64,000 nt of DNA from Roseateles toxinivorans (lineage in GTDB: Bacteria; Pseudomonadota; Gammaproteobacteria; Burkholderiales; Burkholderiaceae_C): contig CAMDHE010000002.1 of the NCBI GenBank assembly GCA_945898095.1, positions 6,084-70,083 of the forward strand. The letters run 5' to 3'. The position numbers and the translations under genes are program-made. Below, in pieces: positions 55,487 to 64,000 of this stretch. The stretch's first letter is position 1. Every line of letters begins with the position of its first letter. Under the pieces are notes generated by a model. That model saw only the letters and a list, made by a program, of their open reading frames with translations, was not told the origin of the DNA and did not search any database.

Positions 55487-57004
55487 ATGAAAAAATTTCT
55501 CGCCTGTCTGGCCCTTGCCGCTGCGGTATTCGCACCGGTAGCCTGGGCCGATGAAGCCGCCTCGGCGCCTGTCGCCAGCGTCGCTGCTGCAGCAGCGCCA
55601 GATGCTGCGGCGCCAGCTTCTGCTGCCTCAGCCCCGGCTGAAGCCGCTTCGGCCGCAGCCCCCGCGCTGGTCCCGAACAAGGGCGATACCACCTGGATGA
55701 TGCTGTCGACGCTGCTGGTCATCATGATGACCGTGCCGGGCCTGGCACTGTTCTATGGCGGCCTGGTCCGCAGCAAGAACATGCTGTCGGTGCTGATGCA
55801 GGTGATGGTCGCGTTCTCGATGATCGTCGTGCTGTGGGTCATCTACGGCTACAGCCTGGCATTCACCGAAGGCAATGCCTTCATCGGTGGCACTGACCGC
55901 TTGATGATGAAGGGCGTCTGGGACAACGTCGCAGGCACCTTCTCGAACGCAGCGACCTTCAGCAAGGGCGTGGTGATTCCTGAAATCGTCTTTGCCGCCT
56001 TCCAGGCCACCTTCGCCGGCATCACCGCCTGCCTGATCATCGGCGCCTTCGCCGAGCGCATCAAGTTCTCGGCCGCGCTGACGTTCCTGGCCCTCTGGTT
56101 CACCTTCAGCTATCTGCCGATCGCGCATATGGTCTGGTTCTGGATGGGTCCTGATGCATACACGGCAGCCGGAGTCATCGATGAAATGAACGGCAAAGCC
56201 GGTCTGTTGTGGCAATGGGGCGCGCTGGACTTCGCCGGCGGCACCGTCGTGCACATCAATGCTGCGGTCGCTGGTCTGGTCGGTGCTTATATGGTCGGCA
56301 AGCGCGTTGGCTACGGCAAGGAAGCTTTCACGCCGCACAGCCTGACCCTGACGATGGTGGGCGCCTCGTTGCTGTGGGTGGGCTGGTTCGGCTTCAACGC
56401 CGGCTCGGCATTGGAAGCCAACGGTTTCGCTGCCCTGGCCTTCATCAACACCTTTGTCGCCACTGCCGCTGCCGTGCTGGCCTGGTCAGTCGGTGAAGCG
56501 CTGTTGAAGGGCAAGGCTTCGATGCTGGGTGCGGCCTCGGGTGCTGTCGCTGGTCTGGTGGCAATCACACCGGCTGCAGGCAATGTCGGCATCGGCGGCG
56601 CCCTGATCATCGGTGCGGTGGCCGGTTTCGCCTGCCTGTGGGGTGTTTCGGGTCTGAAGAAGCTCCTCGGCGCTGACGACTCGCTCGATGTGTTCGGTGT
56701 ACATGGCGTCGGCGGTATCGTCGGCGCGTTGCTGACCGGCGTCTTCAACTCACCGGCCCTGGGTGGCCCGAGTACGGTGGCCGACTGGGTCACAGTGGGC
56801 ATGACCACACCTGAGGCTTACTCGATCGCAGCCCAGGTCTGGGTGCAGGCCAAGGCCGTCGGCGTGACGATCATCTGGTCGGGTGTGGTCTCGCTGATCG
56901 CCTACAAGATCGTTGATCTGATCTTCGGTCTGCGCGTCTCGGAAGAAGAAGAGCGCGAAGGTCTGGACATCAGCTCGCACGGCGAAACGGCCTATCACAA
57001 GTAA
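55487..57004 (+). CDS. amtB: Ammonium transporter AmtB
   Basis: Signal peptide plus Ala/Pro-rich linker, then the Amt core (...DFAGGTVVHINAAVAGL..., ...DDSLDVFGVHGVGGIVGAL...). Confidence 0.95.
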   Translation: MKKFLACLALAAAVFAPVAWADEAASAPVASVAAAAAPDAAAPASAASAPAEAASAAAPALVPNKGDTTWMMLSTLLVIMMTVPGLALFYGGLVRSKNMLSVLMQVMVAFSMIVVLWVIYGYSLAFTEGNAFIGGTDRLMMKGVWDNVAGTFSNAATFSKGVVIPEIVFAAFQATFAGITACLIIGAFAERIKFSAALTFLALWFTFSYLPIAHMVWFWMGPDAYTAAGVIDEMNGKAGLLWQWGALDFAGGTVVHINAAVAGLVGAYMVGKRVGYGKEAFTPHSLTLTMVGASLLWVGWFGFNAGSALEANGFAALAFINTFVATAAAVLAWSVGEALLKGKASMLGAASGAVAGLVAITPAAGNVGIGGALIIGAVAGFACLWGVSGLKKLLGADDSLDVFGVHGVGGIVGALLTGVFNSPALGGPSTVADWVTVGMTTPEAYSIAAQVWVQAKAVGVTIIWSGVVSLIAYKIVDLIFGLRVSEEEEREGLDISSHGETAYHK

Positions 57005-57043
57005 GCCCTGAGCGATCGGCTTGGCCGGTCGCGAGAATGGCAC

Positions 57044-57076
57044 AGCCGCCCGCAGCAATGCAGGCGGCTTTTTTTC
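57044..57076 (+). terminator. Rho-independent terminator after amtB
   Basis: AGCCGCC-cgcagcaatgca-GGCGGCT followed by T7-8. Confidence 0.8.
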
Positions 57077-57077
57077 G

Positions 57078-57133
57078 CCTTGCGGATGCTCTGCAAAACC
57101 CCTCACGCCTTGTGCAAATGCTGCCTCGGGCAG
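57078..57133 (-). repeat. Solo end-fragment of the MITE-like element (inverted orientation)
   Basis: cttgcGGATGCTCTGCAaAACCCCTCACGcCTTGTGC...CCTCGGGC matches the reverse complement of the right-hand ~55 nt of copies A-C. The rest of the element is absent. Confidence 0.6.
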
Positions 57134-57182
57134 CCAAGATCGAGCCTGCTAATCCGGAGTTTTGACCATGAACCTCCTGCCT

Positions 57183-57959
57183 TCAGGCATATTTGCTCAC
57201 TGCTGCGCGGCAGAATTTCATCGCATAGACATAGCGATTTTCCGGGTGCACGGTGTGCGTGGCCTGCAGCAATTCGCCGTCGGCGGCCAGATAGCGCCGC
57301 TGCAGCAGCAGCGCCGGGCTGTCACTGTCGGCGCCCAGGACCTCGGCCATATGCGCCGGCACCCGGCCGGCCGAAATGCTGACTTCGACATCGGCAATCG
57401 CGATGCCAAACAGCGCTTCGATCTGCTCATGCACCGGGGAAAGGTCGAACTGCTTTGACTTCATCACGCCGGCAAAGCGCGGCTGGATGTAGATGTCGAC
57501 CCAGCACAGCGGTTCAGCAACATCATCGAGCGTGCGCAAAGCGCTGATCTGCAGCCAGGCGCTGCCGACCTCGCAGCCGATGCTTTGCGCCAGCCGCGCG
57601 TCAGCCACCAGCAGTTGATGCGAGATATGCCGCCGCCTGATGCTGTCGGGGTAATTGAACCATTGGTCGAAATTCGTCACCACATGCGCGAACACATGGC
57701 GCCGGCCGTTGCTGACCACGGTCGAGCCGCTGCCGGCGCGGCGCACGATCAAACCGCCTTGCGACAACAGGCGCAAAGCCTCGCGCACCGTATGCCGGCC
57801 GACATCGAGGCGCAGGCTGAACTCGGCCTCGGTCGGCAGCAGCGTGCCGACCGGAAAGATCCCCGCGCTGATGTCCAACTCGATCTGCTCGGCGATTTTC
57901 TTGTACAACGCGCCGCCCGAGCGACGCCCGCGCTGACGCGGTTTGGCGGGCTCGCTCAT
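57183..57959 (-). CDS. GntR family (HutC/UTRA subfamily) transcriptional regulator
   Basis: ATG at 57959. wHTH ...LYKKIAEQIELDISAGIFPVGTLLPTEAEFSLRLDVGRHTVREALRLL... plus UTRA domain. Confidence 0.88.
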   Translation of the reverse strand: MSEPAKPRQRGRRSGGALYKKIAEQIELDISAGIFPVGTLLPTEAEFSLRLDVGRHTVREALRLLSQGGLIVRRAGSGSTVVSNGRRHVFAHVVTNFDQWFNYPDSIRRRHISHQLLVADARLAQSIGCEVGSAWLQISALRTLDDVAEPLCWVDIYIQPRFAGVMKSKQFDLSPVHEQIEALFGIAIADVEVSISAGRVPAHMAEVLGADSDSPALLLQRRYLAADGELLQATHTVHPENRYVYAMKFCRAAVSKYA

Positions 57960-57994
57960 GCCTTCGGCCGCGCCCACGCGGGCCCTGTTCCTTG

Positions 57995-58009
57995 ATGGAC
58001 TTTGTCCAT
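57995..58009. promoter_or_regulatory. Perfect palindrome ATGGAC-ttt-GTCCAT, candidate GntR operator in the divergent promoter region
   Basis: Located 36 nt upstream of the proposed GntR start, in the 214-nt divergent intergenic region. Confidence 0.3.
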
Positions 58010-58173
58010 ATATCTGACCTTGGTATTGCAAATTCCACCGCTCAGGCAGGAAGAATTTGACCTTTTAAGTCTTCTTAAGGCGTACCTGCCAATTGACAAG
58101 CATCGAGCTCGAAGTCCTAATATCCAGATATTTGAACCCCTTGTCAACCCGGCAAAAAATCACAGGAGCCCCT

Positions 58174-59319
58174 TTGGCCAAGATCGAATCAGTCAGCGTT
58201 GCCGTCGCCCGCGTGCCTCTTGACCGCGTCACTTCGTTCTCGACCCGCACCGTGTCCGAGCGGCATTACTGCATCGTCAAGGTGCGCAGCAGCGACGGCC
58301 TCGAAGGGGTTGGCTTTTGCTACGCCGGCAGCAAAGCCGGCGACATCGTCAAGGTCGCCGTCGAACAATTGCTCGCGCCGGTCCTGATCGGGCAGGACAG
58401 CCTGCGCAGCGAAGGCCTCTGGAACGAGATGTACCAGGAAAGCCTGCTGCAGGGCCGCAGTGGTTCGGTGATGCGCGGCCTCTCGATCCTCGACAACGCG
58501 ATCTGGGACTTGAACGCCCGCACGGCCGGTCTGCCCTTGCACGACTACCTCGGCTGCATGAACCGCGAAAAGGTCATTGCCTATGCCAGCGGCGGCTACT
58601 ACGTCGACGGCAAAACCGCCGCCGACCTCGGGGACGAGATGGCCGGCTATGTGAAGCTGGGTTTTACCGCCGTCAAGATGAAGACCGGCCGCCTGTCGCC
58701 CGCCGCAGAAGAGCAGCGCGTGGCTGCCGCCCGGGCCGCGATCGGCCCCGATGTGGTCTTGATGATTGACGTCAACAATGGCTGGTCGGACCTGCCGACT
58801 GCGCTCGAATACACCCGCCGCTTCGAGGCCTACAACCCTTACTGGATCGAAGAACCCTTCCTGCCCGATGCGATCGATCTGCATGCGCGCCTGGCCGCCG
58901 CAACCACGATCACCATCGCCACCGGTGAAATCGAGGCCGGCCGCTGGCGCTTTCGCGAACTGATCGACGCCGGTGGTGCCGAAATATTGCAAGCCGATGC
59001 AGCAGTCTGCGGCGGGATTTCCGAATGGCGCAGGATTGCCGCTCATGCCGACAGTCGCGGCGTCACGGTCAGCCCGCATTGGTTCCACGACCTGCATGCA
59101 CCGCTGGTCGCGGCCACGCCGAATGCCCGCTATGTCGAGTTCTTCACCGACGACCAGGTCCTGAATTTCCGCCGGCTGATCGACCGTCAGCTCGATTTCA
59201 AGGACGGCTATGTGATGCTGCATCAGACCCCGGGGCTGGGCTTCAACTTCGACGAGGCTGCGGTTTCACGCTATGCCGGCGGGGCCTCGGCCTGGACCCA
59301 GATTTCAGCCGGACGCTAG
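58174..59319 (+). CDS. Enolase-superfamily enzyme (mandelate racemase/muconate lactonizing family, probable acid-sugar dehydratase)
   Basis: TTG at 58174 (AGGAG upstream) gives MAKIESVSVAVARVPLD... Metal ligands in the ...MIDVNNGW..., ...WIEEP... and ...QADA... blocks. Confidence 0.88.
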   Translation: MAKIESVSVAVARVPLDRVTSFSTRTVSERHYCIVKVRSSDGLEGVGFCYAGSKAGDIVKVAVEQLLAPVLIGQDSLRSEGLWNEMYQESLLQGRSGSVMRGLSILDNAIWDLNARTAGLPLHDYLGCMNREKVIAYASGGYYVDGKTAADLGDEMAGYVKLGFTAVKMKTGRLSPAAEEQRVAAARAAIGPDVVLMIDVNNGWSDLPTALEYTRRFEAYNPYWIEEPFLPDAIDLHARLAAATTITIATGEIEAGRWRFRELIDAGGAEILQADAAVCGGISEWRRIAAHADSRGVTVSPHWFHDLHAPLVAATPNARYVEFFTDDQVLNFRRLIDRQLDFKDGYVMLHQTPGLGFNFDEAAVSRYAGGASAWTQISAGR

Positions 59320-59338
59320 GATGATCTCCAGGGTGACG

Positions 59339-59656
59339 GCCAAGGCGCAGAGCGAGTTCATCGGCAGCCCGCAGCATATTGCGATGGCCTTGTTCGCTTC
59401 CGAAGCCGGCATCAGCCTGACCCATGTGCCTTACAAGGGCGCGACGCAGGCTGCGGTCGGCGGCGAGGTGGCGGTCGCCTTCCAGGGCTTGGCCACCGTC
59501 AACGCGCTGATCAAGGGCAACCGCGCCAAGTTGCTGGCGGTGTCGACGCCCAAGCGGATGCCTCAATACCCCGAGGCACCGACGGTCAGCGAATCGGGTC
59601 TGCCCGGTTTCGAATTCAACTCCTGGTTCGCCGTGCTCGCTCCGGCAGGCACGCCA
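59339..59656 (+). pseudogene. Internal fragment of a Bug/TctC-family (tripartite tricarboxylate transporter) solute-binding protein
   Basis: ...AKAQSEFIGSPQHIAMALFASEAGISLTHVPYKGATQAAVGGEVAVAFQGLATVNALIKGNRAKLLAVSTPKRMPQYPEAPTVSESGLPGFEFNSWFAVLAPAGTP, then unrelated sequence. Corresponds to roughly the middle third of a ~325-aa Bug protein. No signal peptide or C-terminus. Confidence 0.7.
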
Positions 59657-59733
59657 ACATCAAGGCCGAGTAGTTGCCCCAAGACCGCTGCGCCCTCAAT
59701 CGTGGGATTATCAAAACTTTTACGGAGATAGTC

Positions 59734-60687
59734 ATGAAATTCATCAAAGCCTCAATCTGCCTGTTGCTGGCCGGCCTGGCGCTGAGCGCCGGCGCACAGA
59801 ACATCTCGGTCGCCACCGGCGGCACCGGTGGTGTCTATTACCCGATGGGCGGCGGCATTGCCGCAGTGCTGTCCAAATTTGTTCCCGGCATGCAGGCCAC
59901 GGCCGAAGTGACCGGCGGATCGGTGGACAACCTCAAGCTGATCGGCAGCGGCAAGCCCTATATCGGCTTCACCATGACCGATGCCGGCCTCGACGCCTAC
60001 CGCGGCGAGGACAAGTTCAAGGGCAACAAGGTCGCCCTCAAAACGCTGATGATCCTTTACCCGAACCGCATGCATGTGGTCAGTGTCGAAGGCCGTGGCA
60101 TCAACAAGATGTCTGACCTGAAAGGCAAGCGCGTCTCGACCGGCTCGCCGGGCAGCGCGACCGAAGTGATGGCTTTCCGCCTGATCGAGGCCGCCGGCTT
60201 GAACAAGGACAGCGATGTCAAACGCGAGCGCCTGGGCGTGGCTGAATCGGTCAACGCGATCAAGGATGGCAAGATCGATGCCTTCTTCTGGGTCGGCGGC
60301 TTGCCCACCGCGGGCGTCACCGACCTGGCCAACTCGCCGGGCAACAAGCTCAAGATGATCGACCATGCCGAAGCTGTGGCGGCGATGAACAAGAAGTACG
60401 GCAACCTCTATATCGAGGATGTGATCTCGAAGGAGACCTACCGCGGCATGGACAGCGACAACAAGCAGGCCACGGTGATGAACATCCTCGTCGCGCATGA
60501 ATCGATGGACGACAAGACCGCCTACAACATCGTCAAGGCGATCTTCGACAAGCGCGAGGATCTGATCGCGGTACACAAGGAATCAGCCAATATCAAGCTG
60601 GAGAACCAGAAGACCAATGCCTCACCAGTGCCCTTCCATCCTGGCGCCTTGAAGTATTTCGCTGAAAAAGGTGTCAAGCTGAACTGA
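59734..60687 (+). CDS. TAXI-family TRAP transporter solute-binding subunit
   Basis: Signal peptide MKFIKASICLLLAGLALSAGA, then ISVATGGTGGVYYPMGGGIA, the hallmark of TAXI proteins. Confidence 0.92.
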   Translation: MKFIKASICLLLAGLALSAGAQNISVATGGTGGVYYPMGGGIAAVLSKFVPGMQATAEVTGGSVDNLKLIGSGKPYIGFTMTDAGLDAYRGEDKFKGNKVALKTLMILYPNRMHVVSVEGRGINKMSDLKGKRVSTGSPGSATEVMAFRLIEAAGLNKDSDVKRERLGVAESVNAIKDGKIDAFFWVGGLPTAGVTDLANSPGNKLKMIDHAEAVAAMNKKYGNLYIEDVISKETYRGMDSDNKQATVMNILVAHESMDDKTAYNIVKAIFDKREDLIAVHKESANIKLENQKTNASPVPFHPGALKYFAEKGVKLN

Positions 60688-60743
60688 GCCGCTGCGCTTG
60701 ACGGCGCTTGATACGAAACCCGCTGCAGCCGAGGTCCAGCGCA

Positions 60744-62759
60744 ATGAGTGAAAACAACGACAAGATTGTCATCAGTGAAGAAGCGCTGGCCAAAGCCGAA
60801 GAGTTCATCGAAGCCGAGGAAGGAGCGGCCAACAAGCTGAAGGGCTGGCTGAACATCTTCGTCATTGCGGTCGCCTTCATCATGTCGGTGTTCCACCTCT
60901 ACACCGCCTATGCGATCGTGCCGACGCAGACGCTGCGGCCGGTGCATGTGGGCTTCGTGCTGTTTCTGTGCTTCTTGATGTTCCCGATGGCGGCACGCTT
61001 TCGCCATCGTGTGATGTGGTGGGACTGGCTGGCGGCGGCGCTGTCGATTGCCACCGTGGTCTACCTGATCATGGGTGGCGACGACATCACCGACCGCAAT
61101 ACTGCCCCCAACCCCTGGGACATTGCCTTCGGTCTGACCTTGATCCTGCTGGTGCTCGAAGCGATGCGGCGCACCAATGGCTGGATCATGCCGATCATCA
61201 CCAGCTGTTTCATCGCCTATGCCCTGTTCGGGCCCTATCTTCCGTCTCCCTGGACGCACAAGGGCTATGAGCTGGGCCGCCTGGTCGGGGTGATGTACAT
61301 GACGCTGGAAGGCATTTACGGCGTGGCGGTCGATGTCTCGGCGTCGCTGATCATCTTGTTCACGATCTTCGGTGCCTTCCTGCAATATTCGGGTGCAGGC
61401 AAGTTCTATATCGACTTCTCCTTTGCCTCGATGGGCGGCAAGCCGACCGGCGCTGGTCGCACCGTCGTGCTCGCCTCCTTCCTGCTCGGTGGCCCGTCGG
61501 GATCGGGCGTGGCGACCACGGTGACTCTCGGCGCGGTCGCTTATCCAATGCTGGCCAAGGTCGGCTATGAAAAGAACGCCGCCGGTGGTTTGCTCGCTGC
61601 CGGTGGCCTTGGCGCCATCATCTCGCCGCCGGTGCTCGGTGCCGCGGCCTTCCTGATCGCGGAATTCCTGAAGATTTCCTACCTCGACGTGCTCTTGATG
61701 GCCTGCATCCCGACGCTGCTGTTTTACCTGGCGCTGTTCCTGATGGTGGAAATCGACGCGCGCAAATACGGCATGGGCAATATCGCACTCGAGAAAGTCG
61801 ATTCGGTCTGGAACCTGACCAAGCATTACTGGTTCCATTTCCTCTCGCTGATCTCGATCGTGTTCTTCATGCTGTGGGGTTTCTCGCCGGTGCTGTCGGT
61901 GTTCTGGGCCACGGTGGTGTCCTTCTTCACCAGTTTCCTGCGCCGCGACACCGCCTTGATGTCCTATGACCTGTTCCAGGGCAAGGGATCGTTCAGCGAC
62001 AACATCTTCAAGTCCCCCTTCGTCAAGGCGATGCAGGGCGGCTCGATCGGCGTGCTCAATGTGGCGGCCACCTGCGCCGGCGCCGGCATCATCGTCGGCG
62101 TCGTCACCTTGACCGGCCTGGGGCTGAAGTTCAGCACCATCGTGATCGACTATGCCGACGGCAACCTGCTGCTGACTGCCATCATGACCTCGCTGGTGGT
62201 CTGGATCGTCGGCCTGGCGGTGCCGGTGACGGCCTCCTACATCATCTGCGCGGTGATCGCTGCGCCAGCGCTGATCAAGATGGGCGTGCCGGACTTCGCC
62301 GCGCATATGTTCATCTTCTATTACGCCGTGCTGTCCGAGGTCTCGCCGCCAACCGCCCTGTCGCCCTTCGCGGCTGCCGCGATCACCGGCGGTGACCCCT
62401 ACAAGACGACGATGCAATGCTGGAAATACACCGTCCCGGCCTTCCTGTTGCCCTTCATGTTCGTGCTCGCACCCGAAGGCCAGGGCCTGCTGCTGATGGG
62501 TTCGGTCAAGGCATTGGCAGCGGCGAACTGGTGGTCAATCGCTGAGGTGACGCTGACTGCTGCCATCGGCATCGCCGCGCTGGCCGGCGGCTTCCAGGGC
62601 TGGGCCTTGAAGCGCACCACATTCATCGAACGCTGGATGCTGCTGGTGGCCGGTTTTGCACTGGTCTACCCGGGCGAAATGGCCGACCTGATCGGCTTCG
62701 GGCTGGTGATCGCAGCGCTGGCGAAACAGTATTTCCGCAAAGAATTGCAGCCGACCTGA
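60744..62759 (+). CDS. TRAP transporter fused permease subunit (TAXI-type)
   Basis: About 671 aa polytopic membrane protein immediately downstream of the TAXI binding protein. Confidence 0.9.
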   Translation: MSENNDKIVISEEALAKAEEFIEAEEGAANKLKGWLNIFVIAVAFIMSVFHLYTAYAIVPTQTLRPVHVGFVLFLCFLMFPMAARFRHRVMWWDWLAAALSIATVVYLIMGGDDITDRNTAPNPWDIAFGLTLILLVLEAMRRTNGWIMPIITSCFIAYALFGPYLPSPWTHKGYELGRLVGVMYMTLEGIYGVAVDVSASLIILFTIFGAFLQYSGAGKFYIDFSFASMGGKPTGAGRTVVLASFLLGGPSGSGVATTVTLGAVAYPMLAKVGYEKNAAGGLLAAGGLGAIISPPVLGAAAFLIAEFLKISYLDVLLMACIPTLLFYLALFLMVEIDARKYGMGNIALEKVDSVWNLTKHYWFHFLSLISIVFFMLWGFSPVLSVFWATVVSFFTSFLRRDTALMSYDLFQGKGSFSDNIFKSPFVKAMQGGSIGVLNVAATCAGAGIIVGVVTLTGLGLKFSTIVIDYADGNLLLTAIMTSLVVWIVGLAVPVTASYIICAVIAAPALIKMGVPDFAAHMFIFYYAVLSEVSPPTALSPFAAAAITGGDPYKTTMQCWKYTVPAFLLPFMFVLAPEGQGLLLMGSVKALAAANWWSIAEVTLTAAIGIAALAGGFQGWALKRTTFIERWMLLVAGFALVYPGEMADLIGFGLVIAALAKQYFRKELQPT

Positions 62760-62775
62760 GCTGCTGGAGAATCAT

Positions 62776-63711
62776 TTGAGTCAATTCAATGCCCAGGCGA
62801 CCGGCGTCTACCTGATCACGGTCACGCCCTTCACCGACAGCGGTGCGCTGGATCTTGAGAGCACCGACCGGATGGTCGATTTCTGCCTCGATTGCGGCGT
62901 CACCGGGCTGACCGTGCTCGGCATCATGGGCGAGGCCAGCAAGCTGACCGCCGAGGAATCGACAATCTTCGTCAAACAGGTGCTGGCGCGGGTCGCAGGT
63001 CGGGTGCCGGTGGTCGTTGGCGCCTCGTCAGCCGGTTTTGCACCGATGCGCGAATTGACCGACAGCGTGATGAGCCTAGGGGCTGCCGGCGTGATGGTGG
63101 CGCCACCTTCGACCTTGCGCACCGACGAACAGATCCTGGCCTATTTCGAGATGGTCAGCCAGGCGCTGGGTGCTGCAGTCCCCTGGGTATTGCAGGATCA
63201 CCCGGTTGCCACCGGGGTGCAGATGTCGACGGCCGTGATCAAGCAGATCATCAAGAACAGCCCGAGCTGCGTGATGCTCAAGCATGAAGATTGCCCGGGG
63301 CTGACCAAGCTTTCGAGCATCCGCGCGGCCAGCGCCAGCGGCGAGCTGCGCCGGGTCTCGATCCTGACCGGCAATGGCGGCGGGCTGTTCCTGCCCGAAG
63401 AGCTGACGCGCGGCGCCGATGGTGCGATGACCGGCTTTGCCTACCCTGAAATGATGGTCGATGTCTGCCGCGCCCATGCTGCCGGCGAGATCGAGCGCGC
63501 CCATGATATTTTCGATGCCTACCTGCCGCTGGCCCGCTATGAGCAGCAGTCCGGCATCGGCCTGGCGGTGCGCAAGCATCTGCTGGCCGAACGCGGCGTG
63601 ATCAAGTCAGCGGCGATTCGCAAGCCGGGCCCGAAGCTGTCGGCCCAGGACCTCGCCGACATCACGCGCCTGAGCGCCAGGCAGGCTCGCCGCCTGGCCG
63701 AAATTTCCTGA
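62776..63711 (+). CDS. Dihydrodipicolinate synthase/N-acetylneuraminate lyase family (class I aldolase/dehydratase)
   Basis: TTG start with GGAGA RBS. ...TPFTDSGALDLES...GLTVLGIMGE... and the Schiff-base Lys region VMLKHE. Confidence 0.85.
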   Translation: MSQFNAQATGVYLITVTPFTDSGALDLESTDRMVDFCLDCGVTGLTVLGIMGEASKLTAEESTIFVKQVLARVAGRVPVVVGASSAGFAPMRELTDSVMSLGAAGVMVAPPSTLRTDEQILAYFEMVSQALGAAVPWVLQDHPVATGVQMSTAVIKQIIKNSPSCVMLKHEDCPGLTKLSSIRAASASGELRRVSILTGNGGGLFLPEELTRGADGAMTGFAYPEMMVDVCRAHAAGEIERAHDIFDAYLPLARYEQQSGIGLAVRKHLLAERGVIKSAAIRKPGPKLSAQDLADITRLSARQARRLAEIS

Positions 63712-63730
63712 CCCAGCCGGAGACTCTCCT

Positions 63731-64000
63731 GTGACAGCCCCGATCGAAATGCAGCTTGACCCGCATGTGATTGAAGTTCTCTCGACCATCACCACCGCGA
63801 CCTTGACCACCTTGCTGCTGAAAAAAGGCCTGCGCAATGTCTGGCTGCGCGGCACCAAGCCCTTGCGCGCGGGTCAGCCGCGCCTGGTCGGGCGGGCTTT
63901 CACGCTGCGCTTTGTGCCGGCACGTGAGGACCTGGCCACGCCGGCTTCCTGGTCTTCGCCGATCTCGACGCGCGCCGCCATCGAGGACATGCCGGCCGGT
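63731..64000 (+). CDS. RraA-family protein (RraA / 4-hydroxy-4-methyl-2-oxoglutarate aldolase-like), N-terminal part; runs off the window end
   Basis: Own translation: (V)TAPIEMQLDPHVIEVLSTITTATLTTLLLKKGLRNVWLRGTKPLRAGQPRLVGRAFTLRFVPAREDL... Start is GTG at 63731 or ATG at 63749. Not in the ORF track because it is truncated. Confidence 0.75.
   Translation, partial: MTAPIEMQLDPHVIEVLSTITTATLTTLLLKKGLRNVWLRGTKPLRAGQPRLVGRAFTLRFVPAREDLATPASWSSPISTRAAIEDMPAG

Noticed and set aside
60522-62417. 631-aa minus-strand ORF
   Set aside because: It is antisense to the TRAP fused permease. Its product is His/Arg/Asp/Gly/Gln-rich with no domain pattern.

Overview
High-GC, densely coding chromosomal segment. 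Gene content suggests a Burkholderiales/Comamonadaceae-type betaproteobacterium (split metH, Bug/TctC remnant, PhaM, DUF3567, lptA-lptB-rpoN); this is an inference, not a search result. I support about 60 protein genes. Housekeeping blocks: mnmA, pntAA-pntAB-pntB, rsmE, lptA-lptB-rpoN, dsbA, argS, split metH, comM, and a porin-glnK-amtB operon. Metabolic blocks: a MacAB-like ABC efflux operon, glcB with a LysR regulator, glcD-glcE-lrgA-lrgB-glcF, and a GntR / enolase-superfamily / TAXI-TRAP / DapA-like / RraA-like catabolic cluster. I found no rRNA, tRNA, CRISPR array, transposase or integrase. Non-coding features read directly from the DNA: (1) a 168-nt MITE-like element with TA target duplications and about 17-nt terminal inverted repeats, in three full same-orientation copies (1430, 2939, 32815) plus one inverted end-remnant (57078); (2) an SAH-riboswitch-like aptamer in the spacer between the two metH genes; (3) a sigma-54 promoter with NtrC-like upstream sites before the porin-glnK-amtB operon; (4) three decayed gene remnants (HigA-type antitoxin, ABC solute-binding protein, Bug/TctC binding protein). 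The strongest candidate for an uncharacterised system is a translationally coupled minus-strand cassette at 33039-35876: a Tat-signal 181-aa protein, a PqqD-like protein, an HPr-kinase-related P-loop kinase and an NTP_transf_5-type nucleotidyltransferase. It has RiPP or protein phospho-modification logic but no lasso cyclase or peptidase. It lies in a heterogeneous 6.6-kb segment wedged between the convergent glcB and glcDEF units and is bounded by a MITE copy. All family assignments come from reading the translated ORFs and recalling family motifs; no database search was run.
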